Part shown: positions 34,528 to 44,865 of the stretch, in pieces
How positions within the stretch are numbered: position 1 is the stretch's first letter
Layout of the letters: every line of letters begins with the position of its first letter
Source: an uncultured Thermotogae bacterium
GTDB taxonomy: Bacteria; Bipolaricaulota; Bipolaricaulia; RBG-16-55-9; JAJCYT01
Length of the DNA stretch: 64,000 nt
Reading direction: 5' to 3'
Assembly: GCA_964572855.1 (NCBI GenBank)
Contig: CAZNGF010000003.1
Location: 81 to 64,080, forward strand
The notes under the pieces: generated by a model
Seen by the model: the letters and a program-made list of their open reading frames with translations, nothing else
Told to the model about the DNA's origin: nothing
The model's database searches: none
Translations under genes and position numbers: made by a program

Positions 34528-35243
34528 GATCCTCCTCTGCTTTCGCCCTGCCCCACCAGCCGGCTGTGCACCCGCGCGAGGTGGTCCCACATGGCGGTCT
34601 CGGCCTCTGAGGCGTCTTGCCGCTCGATGGCGCTGACCAGGCGGTCGTGCTCACGGATTGAATCCTCGATCCCACCCAAGTCCTTCCCGGAGAAGTAGAT
34701 CCGTTGCAGGATGAGCCAGATCGGCTGATAGAGGTGGGCCACCAGCGTCTCGACCTGTTCCTGAATGGCTTCGTTGTCCGCAAACGAGGCGACTAGGTTG
34801 TGGAAGCGCTGATCCAGCTCCTTGAAGCGCTCGACGTCCCCGTCCGCGGCGACCTCCCGCATCGAAGCGCACAGCTTCCACAGGGACGCCAGTTGTGCGT
34901 CGGTGCGGCGTCGGGCGGCCAGGGCGGCCACCTTGCTCTCCAGGCACATGCGCAGCTCGAGTACCTCTGCCGGGTTCTTGATCGAGGGCGGGACGTTGAG
35001 GTCGTTGAACGACGTGCTCTTGACGTAGATGCCATCGCCCACCTTGATCTCGATCACGCCCGAGGCCTGCAGCACCGCCAGCGCCTCGCGCACCGAAGAG
35101 CGGCCCACGCCGGTCTCCTCGGTGATCACGCGCTCGGGGGGCAGCTTGGCGCCGACCCCGTAATGGCCGTCCTTGATCATCCTGACCAGCTGTTCGATCA
35201 CGTGGAGCGAGCGCTTCTTGGTCACGACCTTCTCCAGGTGCAC
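34524..35243 (-). CDS. GntR/FadR family transcriptional regulator
   Basis: KLPPER...GVGRSSVREAL..L...GVIEIKVGDGIYV; FCD domain LDQRFH, EH, MWDHL. Confidence 0.93.
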   Translation of the reverse strand: MHLEKVVTKKRSLHVIEQLVRMIKDGHYGVGAKLPPERVITEETGVGRSSVREALAVLQASGVIEIKVGDGIYVKSTSFNDLNVPPSIKNPAEVLELRMCLESKVAALAARRRTDAQLASLWKLCASMREVAADGDVERFKELDQRFHNLVASFADNEAIQEQVETLVAHLYQPIWLILQRIYFSGKDLGGIEDSIREHDRLVSAIERQDASEAETAMWDHLARVHSRLVGQGESRGGS

Positions 35244-35274
35244 GGGCCCTCCTTGCCGCCGGGCGGGGCGGATT

Positions 35275-35343
35275 AAACTGACTATCAGCTATCAGACCAA
35301 TTTTGCCGACCTGACTCTAGCACACCCTTTGCGGCGGTGTCAA
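35275..35343 (-). promoter_or_regulatory. Promoter and FadR-like operator of the GntR operon
   Basis: Minus strand TTGACA-N18-TAGAGT (35343-35314), then TTGGTCTGATAGCTGATAGTCAG (TGGT start plus CTGATAG repeat). Confidence 0.6.
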
Positions 35344-35390
35344 GCCCGTGAAGCTCGACCTTCGCGGGATGCCGAGATCGGGTCAACCGT

Positions 35391-35906
35391 TCAGAAGCCG
35401 GCGGAACCCCCTTGCGAGGGGGATGCGGCTTGTAGGGGGAGTACCCCCAGGCGGGCGAAGTAGCCCCACAGGATGCCGGCGAACAGGCTCTGGTTCACGT
35501 CCAGCAGCCGGAGCGAAACCCCGAACTGCGCGCCGAAGCGGCCCGCCAGCTCGCGCGCGAACGCGATGGCGGCCGACAGCGGCGCGTTCGTCTGCGGGTA
35601 CGGCGCCGTCACCAGCCAGAGCTCGCCCAGGGCCAGCGCGCCCTTGGGCACAACGATGACGAGGTCGTACTGTTTCCCGGTCGGGTTTTCGCTGAAGGGC
35701 AAGTCGTAGGGGCTTTCGACCGGAGCGATCACGGCCTCCACGCGGGCAAACAGCGCCGTCTCCTGGCGCAGCAGTCCCACGATGGCGTTGACGGCCAGCG
35801 ATTCCGTAAAGCCCTCGGTTTCGTCCACGACCAGCGCGTCCACGCCCTGCGCCAGCGCGGTGGTCGGCAAGAGCAGGATCAAACCCAGCAAGGTAAGCGT
35901 TTTCAA
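35391..35906 (-). CDS. Secreted hypothetical protein
   Basis: TTG start with AAGGAG; signal MKTLTLLGLILLLPTTALAQ; only the 3' part of the ORF-track call looks coding. Confidence 0.65.
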   Translation of the reverse strand: MKTLTLLGLILLLPTTALAQGVDALVVDETEGFTESLAVNAIVGLLRQETALFARVEAVIAPVESPYDLPFSENPTGKQYDLVIVVPKGALALGELWLVTAPYPQTNAPLSAAIAFARELAGRFGAQFGVSLRLLDVNQSLFAGILWGYFARLGVLPLQAASPSQGGSAGF

Positions 35907-35923
35907 GCGCGACTCCTTCGCGT

Positions 35924-36934
35924 CTACGGACACTGCGTCACGCCCCAGGCGCCCCCTGCGCCCACGGGGAGCCGGTCGAAGCGGCGCAGGCGCCAGAGCG
36001 TCGAGGTCTTGCGCCCGTTGGGCAGCAGCTTGTCGCGGTCGAAGTCGTTGGTGGTCAGATAGATCGTGCTGTCGGACTCGACCGCCAGGTAGAAGGGCTC
36101 GACGATCGAAGCGAACTCCTCGAAGCCGGAGAGGTCCTCGTTCAGCCGCGCCACGAGCCCGTTGGCCAGGTCCGAAGCGAACAGCGCGCCCTCGGGGCCG
36201 GCCGCGACGTTGTGCCAGGGGCCGCGCAGGGCCACCCGCTGGGGCGCGCCCACGGAACTCCCGTTGACCTCGGCGCGGTAGAGGCCATAGTCGGCCAGCG
36301 TCCCGGCCCCGGCGGCGAACAGCAGATCGCCTGCAAACGGCCCGCCCGTGATGAAGGTGAGCTGGCGGATCTCGGGGGGCGTGGGCGCGATGACCTCCTC
36401 CAGCAGCGCCAGCAGCTCGGGGAACTGCTCGGGGCGGATCACCTGGACCGGATCTGCCGACCCGTCGGGATCCACGCGCCAGACCCCGGCGAACTCGGCC
36501 TTGTCCTCCCAGGAACCCGTGCTGAAGTAGAGCTGGCCGTCGGGGGCCAGCGCCACCGACAGGATGTAGACCTCGGGCACGCGGGCGACCACGCCCAGGC
36601 GCTCGCCGTCGCGGCTGTATTGCACGATGCGCCCCTCGGGCGTGTCGGTGCGGATCGGCTCGCCGCTGACCAGCGAGAACTCGGCGGCGTACAGCTCGCG
36701 CTCCGGCGTGCAGATGAGCCCGGTCGGGAAGCTCAGGTTCTGGGCCACGGGGATCACGCCCTGCAGGTCGAAGTCCGCCACCGAGAGCGTTCCCCGGAGC
36801 TGGTCGTCCAGCGTGATCTGCGGGGCGGTCACGAACACGGCGTCCCGCAGCGGAAACTGCCCCCAGACCCATCCGCCACCCACCGCCACAATCAAGAGAC
36901 AAACCGCGATCCAGCGCGTCTTTCGAAACGGCAT
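35924..36934 (-). CDS. Secreted beta-propeller protein (SMP-30/NHL-like)
   Basis: ATG 36934 with AAGGAG; signal peptide; blades FPTGLICTPERELYAAE, VALAPDGQLYFS, VAAGPEGALFASD, LAVESDSTIYLT. Confidence 0.75.
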   Translation of the reverse strand: MPFRKTRWIAVCLLIVAVGGGWVWGQFPLRDAVFVTAPQITLDDQLRGTLSVADFDLQGVIPVAQNLSFPTGLICTPERELYAAEFSLVSGEPIRTDTPEGRIVQYSRDGERLGVVARVPEVYILSVALAPDGQLYFSTGSWEDKAEFAGVWRVDPDGSADPVQVIRPEQFPELLALLEEVIAPTPPEIRQLTFITGGPFAGDLLFAAGAGTLADYGLYRAEVNGSSVGAPQRVALRGPWHNVAAGPEGALFASDLANGLVARLNEDLSGFEEFASIVEPFYLAVESDSTIYLTTNDFDRDKLLPNGRKTSTLWRLRRFDRLPVGAGGAWGVTQCP

Positions 36935-37077
36935 CGTCGCTCCTTTTAAGGTTCCAAGTCCGGCGGGCGTGGCCTGCCGGGCTGAAGTCGCGGGGTGCTG
37001 GGACCACGAAATCTGCCAGGACAAGCTTATCGCAGGGGCGCGACGGTTTTCAAACGGCCGAGGGTGCGCCTTGCGAC

Positions 37078-38265
37078 TCAAGCCGTGTCGCTCAGCGAGG
37101 GGCGCGTCAGGATCGAGGGCGAGAAGCGCTCGCGCAACGGCAGGGTCCCCGCCCCGACCATCCAGCCGGCTTCGCCCATGCGCGACGGGAGCACGCTTAG
37201 CCCCCGCCCCAGCCGGGCGAAGCATCGTTCGCGCAGCACGGCCTCCATGGCGGGCTGGAAGTACGCAAAGGCGTTGAGCCGGTCCCCGGCAATCACGATG
37301 GCCTGCGGGTTGAACAGGTTGACGAGGTTCTTTAGTCCCACCCCCAAGTGCGTGCCCATGCGTCGAAACAGGTCGAGCGCGCGCGCATCCCCGGCCGCGG
37401 CCGCCGCCACCAGCGCGTCCGGGTCGGTCGGGAGCCCGAGCGCCTCAGCTTCCCGGGCCAGGAAGGCGTCCGAGGTGAGCGCTTCCAGACAACCCGCTTC
37501 CCCGCAGCGACACGGTGGCCCGTCGAGCTGGATGCAGGTGTGCCCGACCTCGCCCGCGCCGCCGTGGATGCCCTCGTACAGGCGGTCCTCCAGGTAGATT
37601 CCCCCTCCGACCCCCTCGCCCACCGAGATACAAAGGAAGTTCTGGAACGCGCGTCCAGCCCCGTGCCAGCGCTCGCCCACGGTCCAGGCGTTCACGTCGT
37701 TGGCCAGCACGACGGGACCGCCGAAGAGCGCGTCCAGCCGCTCGCCCAGCCGCACGTCCGACCACCCCATGCTGGGGGAGTGCACCAGCGTCCGCTCGTG
37801 CGAGCGCACGACCCCGGCGACGCACACGCCCGTGCCCAACAGGCGCTCGGGGCGCGGCAGGCGGCTGACAGCCCGCTCCAGCGCCGCCAGCACGGTCTCG
37901 ATCGAGCTGCCCGGCTCGTAGTGGACCTCGGCCGAGGCCTCGAGCCGGCCGTCGAGCGTGACGCACCCCACCGAGACGTTCCGGCTCTGAATGTAGCACC
38001 CCCAGGTCTGGCCGTAGCGGGGGTCGAGCGCAAGCAGGATGGGCCGGCGCCCCACGCGCGCGGAGGCGGCTGGGCCGACTTCCCGTACCAACCCCTCGCC
38101 GATCAGCTCCTGCACGATCGAGGTGATGGTCGAGGGCTTGACCCCGACGGCGCGCACGAGGTCGGTTCGCGATACGCGTCCCGTGCGCCGGAGCACGTCG
38201 ATGACCAAGCGCCGGTTGAGCGATCGGATCAGCTGCGGGTCGCCCTTGGCATACTTCCATTCCAT
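37078..38265 (-). CDS. ROK family transcriptional repressor (XylR/NagC-like)
   Basis: N-terminal HTH SRTDL...TITSIVQEL...GRRP; NDVNA, GEVGH, CRCGEAGCLE. Start uncertain (38265-38310). Confidence 0.92.
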   Translation of the reverse strand: MEWKYAKGDPQLIRSLNRRLVIDVLRRTGRVSRTDLVRAVGVKPSTITSIVQELIGEGLVREVGPAASARVGRRPILLALDPRYGQTWGCYIQSRNVSVGCVTLDGRLEASAEVHYEPGSSIETVLAALERAVSRLPRPERLLGTGVCVAGVVRSHERTLVHSPSMGWSDVRLGERLDALFGGPVVLANDVNAWTVGERWHGAGRAFQNFLCISVGEGVGGGIYLEDRLYEGIHGGAGEVGHTCIQLDGPPCRCGEAGCLEALTSDAFLAREAEALGLPTDPDALVAAAAAGDARALDLFRRMGTHLGVGLKNLVNLFNPQAIVIAGDRLNAFAYFQPAMEAVLRERCFARLGRGLSVLPSRMGEAGWMVGAGTLPLRERFSPSILTRPSLSDTA

Positions 38266-38281
38266 GCCGCTCAGCATATGC

Positions 38282-38445
38282 ATTTGCTTCGGAAAAACAA
38301 ATAAACGCAAAGCGCCCGCGCTCCGTTGGAAGAAACGTACGATTCAAAGGCTGTTATTGCTGCGAACACCGGCGTGTTGACATCGACGCGAATCCGTGCT
38401 AGAGTGTCCGTTGTCAATTAGTTATTTCTGGAAAGCAATAGAATT
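38282..38445. promoter_or_regulatory. Divergent promoter region with ROK-type operators
   Basis: TTGACA-N17-TAGAGT at 38377-38405 (+); AT-rich TTAGTTATTTCTGGAAAGCAATA just downstream; inverted ATTTG...CAAAT at 38282-38302. Confidence 0.6.
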
Positions 38446-38524
38446 CGGGAGGTGGTAGGCGAGCCGTTGGTTCTTAAGGGGGATTCAATGGCATGAGGTC
38501 ATCACAACCACTCAGGAGGCCGTT

Positions 38525-39574
38525 ATGCAAATGCAGTTGGCCAAACGCGGGATTCGCCTCGTGCTCGGACTCGCGACCCTCACGCTGGCGTTCAGCGCCG
38601 GCACGCCCCTCCAAGCCCAAGACAGTTTCACGATCGGCATCGCCCTGCCCACCACACAGGAACTGGTCTGGCCGTTGATGGCGGACAACGCCACCGAGCT
38701 GGCCGAAGCCGACGGGCGTTTTGACGTCGTCACGGTCTCGGCTGACAACCAGCTTCAGACCCAAACCAACCAGATTGACAACCTGATCGCGCAGGACGTC
38801 GACGCGATCCTGATCGGGTTCGTCAACACCGACGCGGCCGCCAGCCTGTGCCAGAAGGTCCAGGACGCCGGCATCCTGCTGATCCAGATGGACCGACTGG
38901 GCGTGAACTGCGGCGGTGACGCCTACGTCACGGCCGACAGCACGCGCGTGGCCCGCAGTCAGATGGGCCTGCTGGCAGGGCTGTTGGGCGGCTCGGGCAA
39001 TGTCATCGTGATCGGCGGCGCCACGGGCAACTCGGTGGCCGATGCGTTCGAGGCCGGCTACGGCGACGTGCTTCCCCTGTTCCCGAACATCGAGCGCGTC
39101 GCGTTCCAGCGCATCGAGAACTGGTCCCCGGCGGGCGCGCTGGCCTTCGTCGAGAACGCGCTGGCCGCCAACAACAACGACGTCCAGGGCATCGTGAGCA
39201 TGAACGACGGCATGATCCTGGGCGCGTTGCAGGCCGTCCAGGCGGCGGGCCTGGACATCCCGCTGCTGGGCTCGGACGCCGAGCCGGCCGCCGTCGTCAA
39301 CGTCATCGACGGCACGCTGTTCGCCACGGTCGACAAGGCCCCGGACGAGATCGGCAAGGGCGCCTTCGAGGCGGCGCGCGCGCTGCTCGACGGCGATCCC
39401 ATCCCCGCCCAGGACGGCACCATCAACGACGGGAGCTTCGACGTGCCGCTCGTGCTCACCCCGATCTTCATGGTGACGCGGGACGCGCTGCTGGCCAACG
39501 GGCCGGAGGACCGCACGCTCCAGCGCCTGCCCGAGATCTGCGAGATGCGGCCGGACTTCGCTTCCTGCCAATAG
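38525..39574 (+). CDS. Monosaccharide ABC substrate-binding protein (RbsB/XylF-like)
   Basis: Signal peptide; QIDNLIAQDVDAILI, ENWS, NDGM..GA, GSD, ATVDK. Confidence 0.9.
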   Translation: MQMQLAKRGIRLVLGLATLTLAFSAGTPLQAQDSFTIGIALPTTQELVWPLMADNATELAEADGRFDVVTVSADNQLQTQTNQIDNLIAQDVDAILIGFVNTDAAASLCQKVQDAGILLIQMDRLGVNCGGDAYVTADSTRVARSQMGLLAGLLGGSGNVIVIGGATGNSVADAFEAGYGDVLPLFPNIERVAFQRIENWSPAGALAFVENALAANNNDVQGIVSMNDGMILGALQAVQAAGLDIPLLGSDAEPAAVVNVIDGTLFATVDKAPDEIGKGAFEAARALLDGDPIPAQDGTINDGSFDVPLVLTPIFMVTRDALLANGPEDRTLQRLPEICEMRPDFASCQ

Positions 39575-39589
39575 GCATACGGGTCCCAC

Positions 39590-39625
39590 GGGAGCGGCCC
39601 GGGTGCGCCGGGCCGCTCCCCTTTT
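39590..39625 (+). terminator. Hairpin plus U-tract after the SBP gene
   Basis: GGGAGCGGCCCGG...CCGGGCCGCTCCC-CTTTT. Confidence 0.65.
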
Positions 39626-39664
39626 CCAGGGGCCGTATGCCACGCGAACACTGAAGGCGCCGCC

Positions 39665-40420
39665 ATGAACGAACTGCTGGTCGAAATGCGCGGGATCTCG
39701 AAACGCTTCGGGGCGATCCAGGCGCTGGAGGATGTCGACCTGAACGTCTACCCCGGCGAGGTTGTCGGGTTGGTCGGGGACAACGCCGCCGGCAAATCCA
39801 CCCTCATGAAGGTGCTCTCGGGCGTCCATCCGCCCACGGCGGGCACGATCCGCTTCGCCGGGCGGGACGCACCAGCCGGCGATCCTTATGCCATGCGCCT
39901 GTTGGGCGTTGAGATGGTCTATCAGGACTTCTCGCTGGCCGGCAACCTGAGCATCAAGGCCAACATCTTCCTGGGGCGCGAGCCCGTGCGCCGCTGGCTG
40001 GGGCTGCGCGTCATCGACGATCGCGCCATGGACAAGAAGGCGCGCATCCTGCTCGGCAGCCTCAAGATCGACTTCGCCGACGTCGACGCGCTGGTGAGCA
40101 CGCTCTCGGGCGGCCAGCAACAGGCCGTGGCCATCGCGCGTTCGCTGGCCTTCAACCCCAAGCTCATCATCATGGACGAGCCCACCGCCAACCTGTCGGC
40201 CGCGGCCATCGCCGAGGTGCGCCGTTTAATCAAGGAGCTCAAGGAGCACGGCATCGCGGTCATCATCATCAGCCACCGCCTCGAGGACATCTTCGAGGTC
40301 GGGGACCGCGTCTACGTGCTCAAGCGCGGGCGCATGGTCGGCGACAAACGGATTCCCGAGACCACGATCGACGAGGTCGTCGAGATGATCGTGGTCGGGC
40401 ACGGGGAGCGCTATGGCTAA
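39665..40420 (+). CDS. Sugar ABC ATP-binding protein (single domain)
   Basis: [26 protein letters not shown]. Confidence 0.93.
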   Translation: MNELLVEMRGISKRFGAIQALEDVDLNVYPGEVVGLVGDNAAGKSTLMKVLSGVHPPTAGTIRFAGRDAPAGDPYAMRLLGVEMVYQDFSLAGNLSIKANIFLGREPVRRWLGLRVIDDRAMDKKARILLGSLKIDFADVDALVSTLSGGQQQAVAIARSLAFNPKLIIMDEPTANLSAAAIAEVRRLIKELKEHGIAVIIISHRLEDIFEVGDRVYVLKRGRMVGDKRIPETTIDEVVEMIVVGHGERYG

Positions 40421-41594
40421 ACACACGCCCGGCCTGGGCCGGTTTGCGATCCTGATCGGCATGCTGCTCTTGATGGGCGTGTCGACCCTGGCCACCAAGT
40501 GCATGCAGGGGTTCGAACCGCCCTTCAGCCTGTTTGGGTTCGTCGAGGGGTGCGTGCACGGGGACAACCTGTTCCTGCGCCCGGTTAACCTGCTCAACGT
40601 GATGCAGCAGGTCACGGTCAACGGCATCCTGGCCGTGGGCATGACCGTGGTCATCCTGGTCGGCGGCATCGACCTGTCGGTGGGCTCGATGCTCGCGCTC
40701 ACCGGCGTGATGGCCGCCCTCCTGATCGCCGAGTTCAACTTCGCGCTCACCCTGGCGGTCGTGCTGGGCGTGGGCGCGCTCATCGGGTACTGGAACGGCT
40801 CGCTGGCCACCTACCTGCGGTTGCCCTCGTTCATCGCCACGCTGGGGATGCTCAACATCGCCCGCGGCGGGGCGCTCGTGCTCTCGGGGGCGGCGGCCAA
40901 GTTCATCAACAACCCGGTGTTCACCTGGATCTCGCGCACGGACATCCCGCCGCTGTACTCGATCGGCTTCAGCTGGGTCGTGGGCCTGGGCTGGGCGCTC
41001 TCGCTGGCCCGGCGCGCCTTGAAGGCGCGCACGCTCAGGGCGTGGCTCTGGCCCCCGCTGGCCCTGCTGGGCGGGGCCGGGGTCTCGCTGCTGTTTACCG
41101 GGCGCGACTTCCTCAGCTTCGACCGCGCGCGCGGGGTGCCCGTGATCATGTTCATCTTCGCGCTGGTGGCGCTGGTGCTGTCCTTCGTGCTGCGCCGCAC
41201 GCGCTGGGGGCGCTACGTCTACGCCATCGGGGGCAACCCCGAGGCGGCGCGGCGCACCGGGATCAACGTCCCGCGCCTCACCCGGCAGGTGTTCGTGCTG
41301 GGGTCGACCTGCGCCTCGCTGGCCGGCCTCATCCTGGCCGCGCGCCTGTCGGCCGGCATCCCGGCCGAGGGCGTGGCCGCCGAGCTCGATGCCATCACGG
41401 CTGTGGTCATCGGGGGCACGTCGTTCACCGGCGGGGTGGGCACGATCGGCGGCACCGTGATCGGGGCCTTCATCATCGGGATCATCTCCAACAGCCTCAC
41501 GATCAACGGGATCGACGCCAACTGGCAGCTCATCGTCAAGGGGCTCATCATGATCTTCGCCGTGGCCCTGGACCAGTATGCCAAGCGCCGCTAG
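40413..41594 (+). CDS. Sugar ABC permease (RbsC/XylH-like)
   Basis: [44 protein letters not shown]. Confidence 0.93.
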   Translation: MAKHTPGLGRFAILIGMLLLMGVSTLATKCMQGFEPPFSLFGFVEGCVHGDNLFLRPVNLLNVMQQVTVNGILAVGMTVVILVGGIDLSVGSMLALTGVMAALLIAEFNFALTLAVVLGVGALIGYWNGSLATYLRLPSFIATLGMLNIARGGALVLSGAAAKFINNPVFTWISRTDIPPLYSIGFSWVVGLGWALSLARRALKARTLRAWLWPPLALLGGAGVSLLFTGRDFLSFDRARGVPVIMFIFALVALVLSFVLRRTRWGRYVYAIGGNPEAARRTGINVPRLTRQVFVLGSTCASLAGLILAARLSAGIPAEGVAAELDAITAVVIGGTSFTGGVGTIGGTVIGAFIIGIISNSLTINGIDANWQLIVKGLIMIFAVALDQYAKRR

Positions 41595-43215
41595 GCCGCT
41601 GCGCGCGGCCGGGCTCGCGCTCGCCTTCGCCTTCTTGGCCTGGCCGGGCTGGGGCGCGGCGCCGTTGGAGCTCGCCTTCTCGGCCAGCGGCAAGCTCAAC
41701 GCCCCGCTGGACCTGGCGCTCGGGCGAGCGGGGGGGCGCGCCTACGCCCTCGAAGCCGACGGCGACGTGGTTGAGCTGGGCCTGGACGCGGATTGGAACG
41801 TCGTTTCGCGCACCGCGCGCGGGAGCATCCCCGGCGCGCGCGCGCTGACGCTGGCGCCCGACGGGGAAACGTTGTGGCTGGGGCAGAGGACACAACTGCT
41901 CGCGCTTCCGCTGCCCGACGGCGCGCCCCGTCCCGTGGGGGTCCCCTTTCCCGCGCCCGTGACTGGGGTCGTCGCTTCGCCGGTCTTGAACGCGCTCTGG
42001 GTCCTGACCGAGGACGGTGCGGTGTTCGCGGTCGCACCCGAGTCGGGCGCGCGCCGCGCGGTGGGGCACGCGGGCCAAGCGCTTTCCGACGGGGTGTTCG
42101 ACCCCATGCGCGGGCGGCTCTATCTGTCGACCCCGCGCGGGACCGTGCTCTCGTTCGACCCTGAGACGGGAGCGAGCCGACGGCTGGCGTTCGTGGGCCC
42201 CCCGCTGGGCCGGCTCGACCTGGACGCCGACCGCTTGTTCGTGACCTCGGTGGATTTCGGGCTCTACGTCTTGGACCTAGGCGCGTCGCCGCCGACGCCC
42301 GAGCTGTTCTTCCCGCGCGTGGCCGGCCCCAGCGCGCTCGCGGTGCGCGGGGGGCGGGCGCTGGTGACGAACGTGGCCGAGGGGCTGGTTCGACTGGCGC
42401 CGCTGGACCTGTCCGGCCCGCTGGCCTCGCGCGCGCAGATCGTCGTCCCGCCCGCGCTGGGGCCGGTGCGCAGCGTCGCGCTGGACGCCGCGCGCGGGTT
42501 CGGGTTCGTCGGCGACGCGGGCTACGCGCTCTGGTCGCTGCGCCTGCCGGGGGTCGAGCTCGCCTCGTTCGTGTTCACGCCGTTCGACGGGCGCGTCGCC
42601 GTCCACCCGACCGACACCGTCTTCTACGCCACCAACCGGCGCGGCGGCCAGGTGCTGGGCATGCGCTTCGACCCGCCGTTTGCCTTCGGCTTCGACCAGC
42701 CCCCGATCAGCCCGGTGTTGGCCGCGGGGCTGCCCGACCCCGACGGGATCGCGTTCTTCCCCGACGACGGCGCGCTCTACGTCGGAACGCGCGGCGACGG
42801 CCGGCTCTGGCGCGTGCGGCCCGAGCGGCTCAGCGCCGAGCCCGTGGCCGACCTGCCCGCGGGGGCGCGCTCGATCGACTTGGCTGTCCACGACGGGTCG
42901 CTCCTCGTCCTGCAGGACCGGATCAACGGGGACGAGGCCGGCCGGCTCTGGCGCTTCGACCCGCCCTCCGGACGCCTCGAGCCGCTGGCCGACGATTTGC
43001 CGCCGTCAGTCGACGTGGCCGCCCACGGCACGTGCGCCTACGTCGCCAGCGGCGACGGCCGGCTCGTCGCGCTCGACCTCGACAGCGGCCAGTGGCGGAC
43101 CGCGCTGCGCCGCGAAGGCCTGAGCGCGGTCGCGCTCGACGCGGGAACACTCTACGTGGGCACGGCACAGGGCGAACTGTGGCGCACGGCACCGGAGGCC
43201 GTCCCGTGCCCGTGA
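41578..43215 (+). CDS. Secreted tandem beta-propeller protein
   Basis: Signal-like N-terminus; many blades (LTLAPDGETLWLG, FDPMRGRLYLS, PDGIAFFPDDGALYVG); overlaps both neighbours. Confidence 0.75.
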   Translation: MPSAARPLRAAGLALAFAFLAWPGWGAAPLELAFSASGKLNAPLDLALGRAGGRAYALEADGDVVELGLDADWNVVSRTARGSIPGARALTLAPDGETLWLGQRTQLLALPLPDGAPRPVGVPFPAPVTGVVASPVLNALWVLTEDGAVFAVAPESGARRAVGHAGQALSDGVFDPMRGRLYLSTPRGTVLSFDPETGASRRLAFVGPPLGRLDLDADRLFVTSVDFGLYVLDLGASPPTPELFFPRVAGPSALAVRGGRALVTNVAEGLVRLAPLDLSGPLASRAQIVVPPALGPVRSVALDAARGFGFVGDAGYALWSLRLPGVELASFVFTPFDGRVAVHPTDTVFYATNRRGGQVLGMRFDPPFAFGFDQPPISPVLAAGLPDPDGIAFFPDDGALYVGTRGDGRLWRVRPERLSAEPVADLPAGARSIDLAVHDGSLLVLQDRINGDEAGRLWRFDPPSGRLEPLADDLPPSVDVAAHGTCAYVASGDGRLVALDLDSGQWRTALRREGLSAVALDAGTLYVGTAQGELWRTAPEAVPCP

Positions 43216-44342
43216 CCCCGCTGGGCGTCGCCCTGATCGGCTACGGCGGGATCGGCCGGGTCCACGCCCAGGGCTACCGGGCCCTGCCGCTGCTCTACGG
43301 CCTGGAGGCGGACGCGCTTAGGCTCGTGGCCGTGGCCACCTCGCGGCCAGAGTCGGCGGCGCGGGCCGCCCGGGAGCTGGGCGGCGTCGCGACCACGACG
43401 GACTACCGGACGCTGCTGGAACGACCCGACGTCCACCTCGTCGACGTCTGCACCCCCAACGCCGACCACGAACGGGTCGTGCGGGCCGCCGCCGAGGCGG
43501 GCAAGCACGTCTACTGTGAAAAGCCCATCGCCACCGACGTGGCCTCGGCCCGGCGCATGGTCGAGGCCGTGGACGCGGCCGGCGTCAAGGGCGGTCAGGT
43601 GTTCAACTACCGCTTCGTGCCCGCCGTGATGCGCGCGCGCCAGCTGATCGAGCAGGGCCGGCTCGGGCGCGTGTTCTCCTTCCACGGGCGCTACTTCCGC
43701 GCCAGCTACATCGGGGGGGACAAGCCGCTCTCCTGGCGCCTGCGGCGCGCGAGCGCCGGCGGGGGCGCGCTCTACGACCTGGGCGCGCACGTGCTCGACC
43801 TCGTGCGCCATCTCCTGGGCGAGGTCGCCGGCGTGCACGCCTCGCTGCAAACGCTGATCGAGCGCCGTCCCCGCAGCGCTTCGGATGCGACCCCCGAGCC
43901 CGTGGACGTGGACGACCTGGCCCTGCTCCAGCTGCGCTTGCGGGACGGGGCGTTGGGCACGGTCGAGATCTCGCGCTTCGGGACGGGGTCGGTCAACGAC
44001 CTCCGGCTCGAGGTGTTCGGCGAGCGGGGGGCGCTGCGCTTTGCGCTCGAGGACCCGAACTGGCTCGACTTCTACGACGGCACCGACCCGGAGGCCCCCC
44101 TGGGCGGCCGGGGTTTCCAACGGCTGCAAACCGTGCAACGCTACGAGGGCCAGCAAGCGCCCGACTGGACGACCCCCACGAGCTTCGACCGCGCCCACGC
44201 CGAGAACCAGTTCCAGTTCGCGCGCGCGATCTGGGCCGACCGCTCCCCCGCGCCATCCCTCGCCGACGGCCTGGCGATCCAGCGCCTGCTGGACGCTGCC
44301 CAGCGCTCGGCGAGCGGCGCACAGTGGATCACGCTTGCGTAG
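43212..44342 (+). CDS. Gfo/Idh/MocA oxidoreductase
   Basis: IGYGGIG, VCTPN..H, AGKHVYCEKP, FNYRF.PAV, GALYDLGAH; GTG start overlaps the upstream TGA. Confidence 0.92.
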   Translation: MTPLGVALIGYGGIGRVHAQGYRALPLLYGLEADALRLVAVATSRPESAARAARELGGVATTTDYRTLLERPDVHLVDVCTPNADHERVVRAAAEAGKHVYCEKPIATDVASARRMVEAVDAAGVKGGQVFNYRFVPAVMRARQLIEQGRLGRVFSFHGRYFRASYIGGDKPLSWRLRRASAGGGALYDLGAHVLDLVRHLLGEVAGVHASLQTLIERRPRSASDATPEPVDVDDLALLQLRLRDGALGTVEISRFGTGSVNDLRLEVFGERGALRFALEDPNWLDFYDGTDPEAPLGGRGFQRLQTVQRYEGQQAPDWTTPTSFDRAHAENQFQFARAIWADRSPAPSLADGLAIQRLLDAAQRSASGAQWITLA

Positions 44343-44399
44343 GTTGAAATCGCAACGCCCACCATTACAGTGGAAAGTGGGATATTTGAGGTGATTGCA

Positions 44400-44747
44400 A
44401 TGACCGAACTGTCCGCCAAACGCTGTGTGCCCTGCCGCGGCGGCGTAGAGCCCATGTCGCGCGAGCGGGCCGAGGCGAGGATGGATCAGATCCCCGACTG
44501 GGAGTTGATCGAGCAGGAGCCGTTACGGATCCGCCGGGCGTTCAAGCTGGGCGACTTCGAGGCGGCGATCGCCTTCGTCAACAGAATCGCCGCGGCCGCC
44601 GAGGCCGAGGACCACCACCCCGACCTGGAGATCCACTACAACGCCGTCGTGGTCGCGTTCCACACGCACAAGATCAAAGGGTTGCACGAGAACGACTTCA
44701 TCATGGCCGCCAAGGTGGATGCGCTGTTCGAGGGGAAGGGCAACTGA
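44400..44747 (+). CDS. Pterin-4a-carbinolamine dehydratase
   Basis: CVPCRGG, EDHHPDL, THKIKGLHENDFIMAAK. Confidence 0.92.
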   Translation: MTELSAKRCVPCRGGVEPMSRERAEARMDQIPDWELIEQEPLRIRRAFKLGDFEAAIAFVNRIAAAAEAEDHHPDLEIHYNAVVVAFHTHKIKGLHENDFIMAAKVDALFEGKGN

Positions 44748-44844
44748 ATCGCGCCCGCAGCCACGCGCTTTGCCCGCCCACAACGCCCCCTCCGTGAAGA
44801 GCCAGGCGTGTATCCCGGGTCCCATGAATGGGACCCCTACACAG
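44748..44844. repeat. Second copy of the REPIN-like element (left REP eroded)
   Basis: Collinear with 16173-16269: ATCGCGCCCG...CACGCGCTTTG.CCGCCCA...CCAG.CGTGTA...GGGTCCCATGAATGGGACCCCTACACAG (last 28 nt identical). Confidence 0.8.
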
Positions 44845-44865
44845 AAGCACCATCGTGGCCGTGTC

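Noticed and set aside
35391-37007. 538-aa ORF spanning the propeller gene
   Set aside because: Only the last 171 codons look coding (SD plus signal peptide at 35906).
38440-38524. Possible uORF in the leader of the sugar SBP gene
   Set aside because: SD-to-start spacing is poor and several frames are equally plausible.
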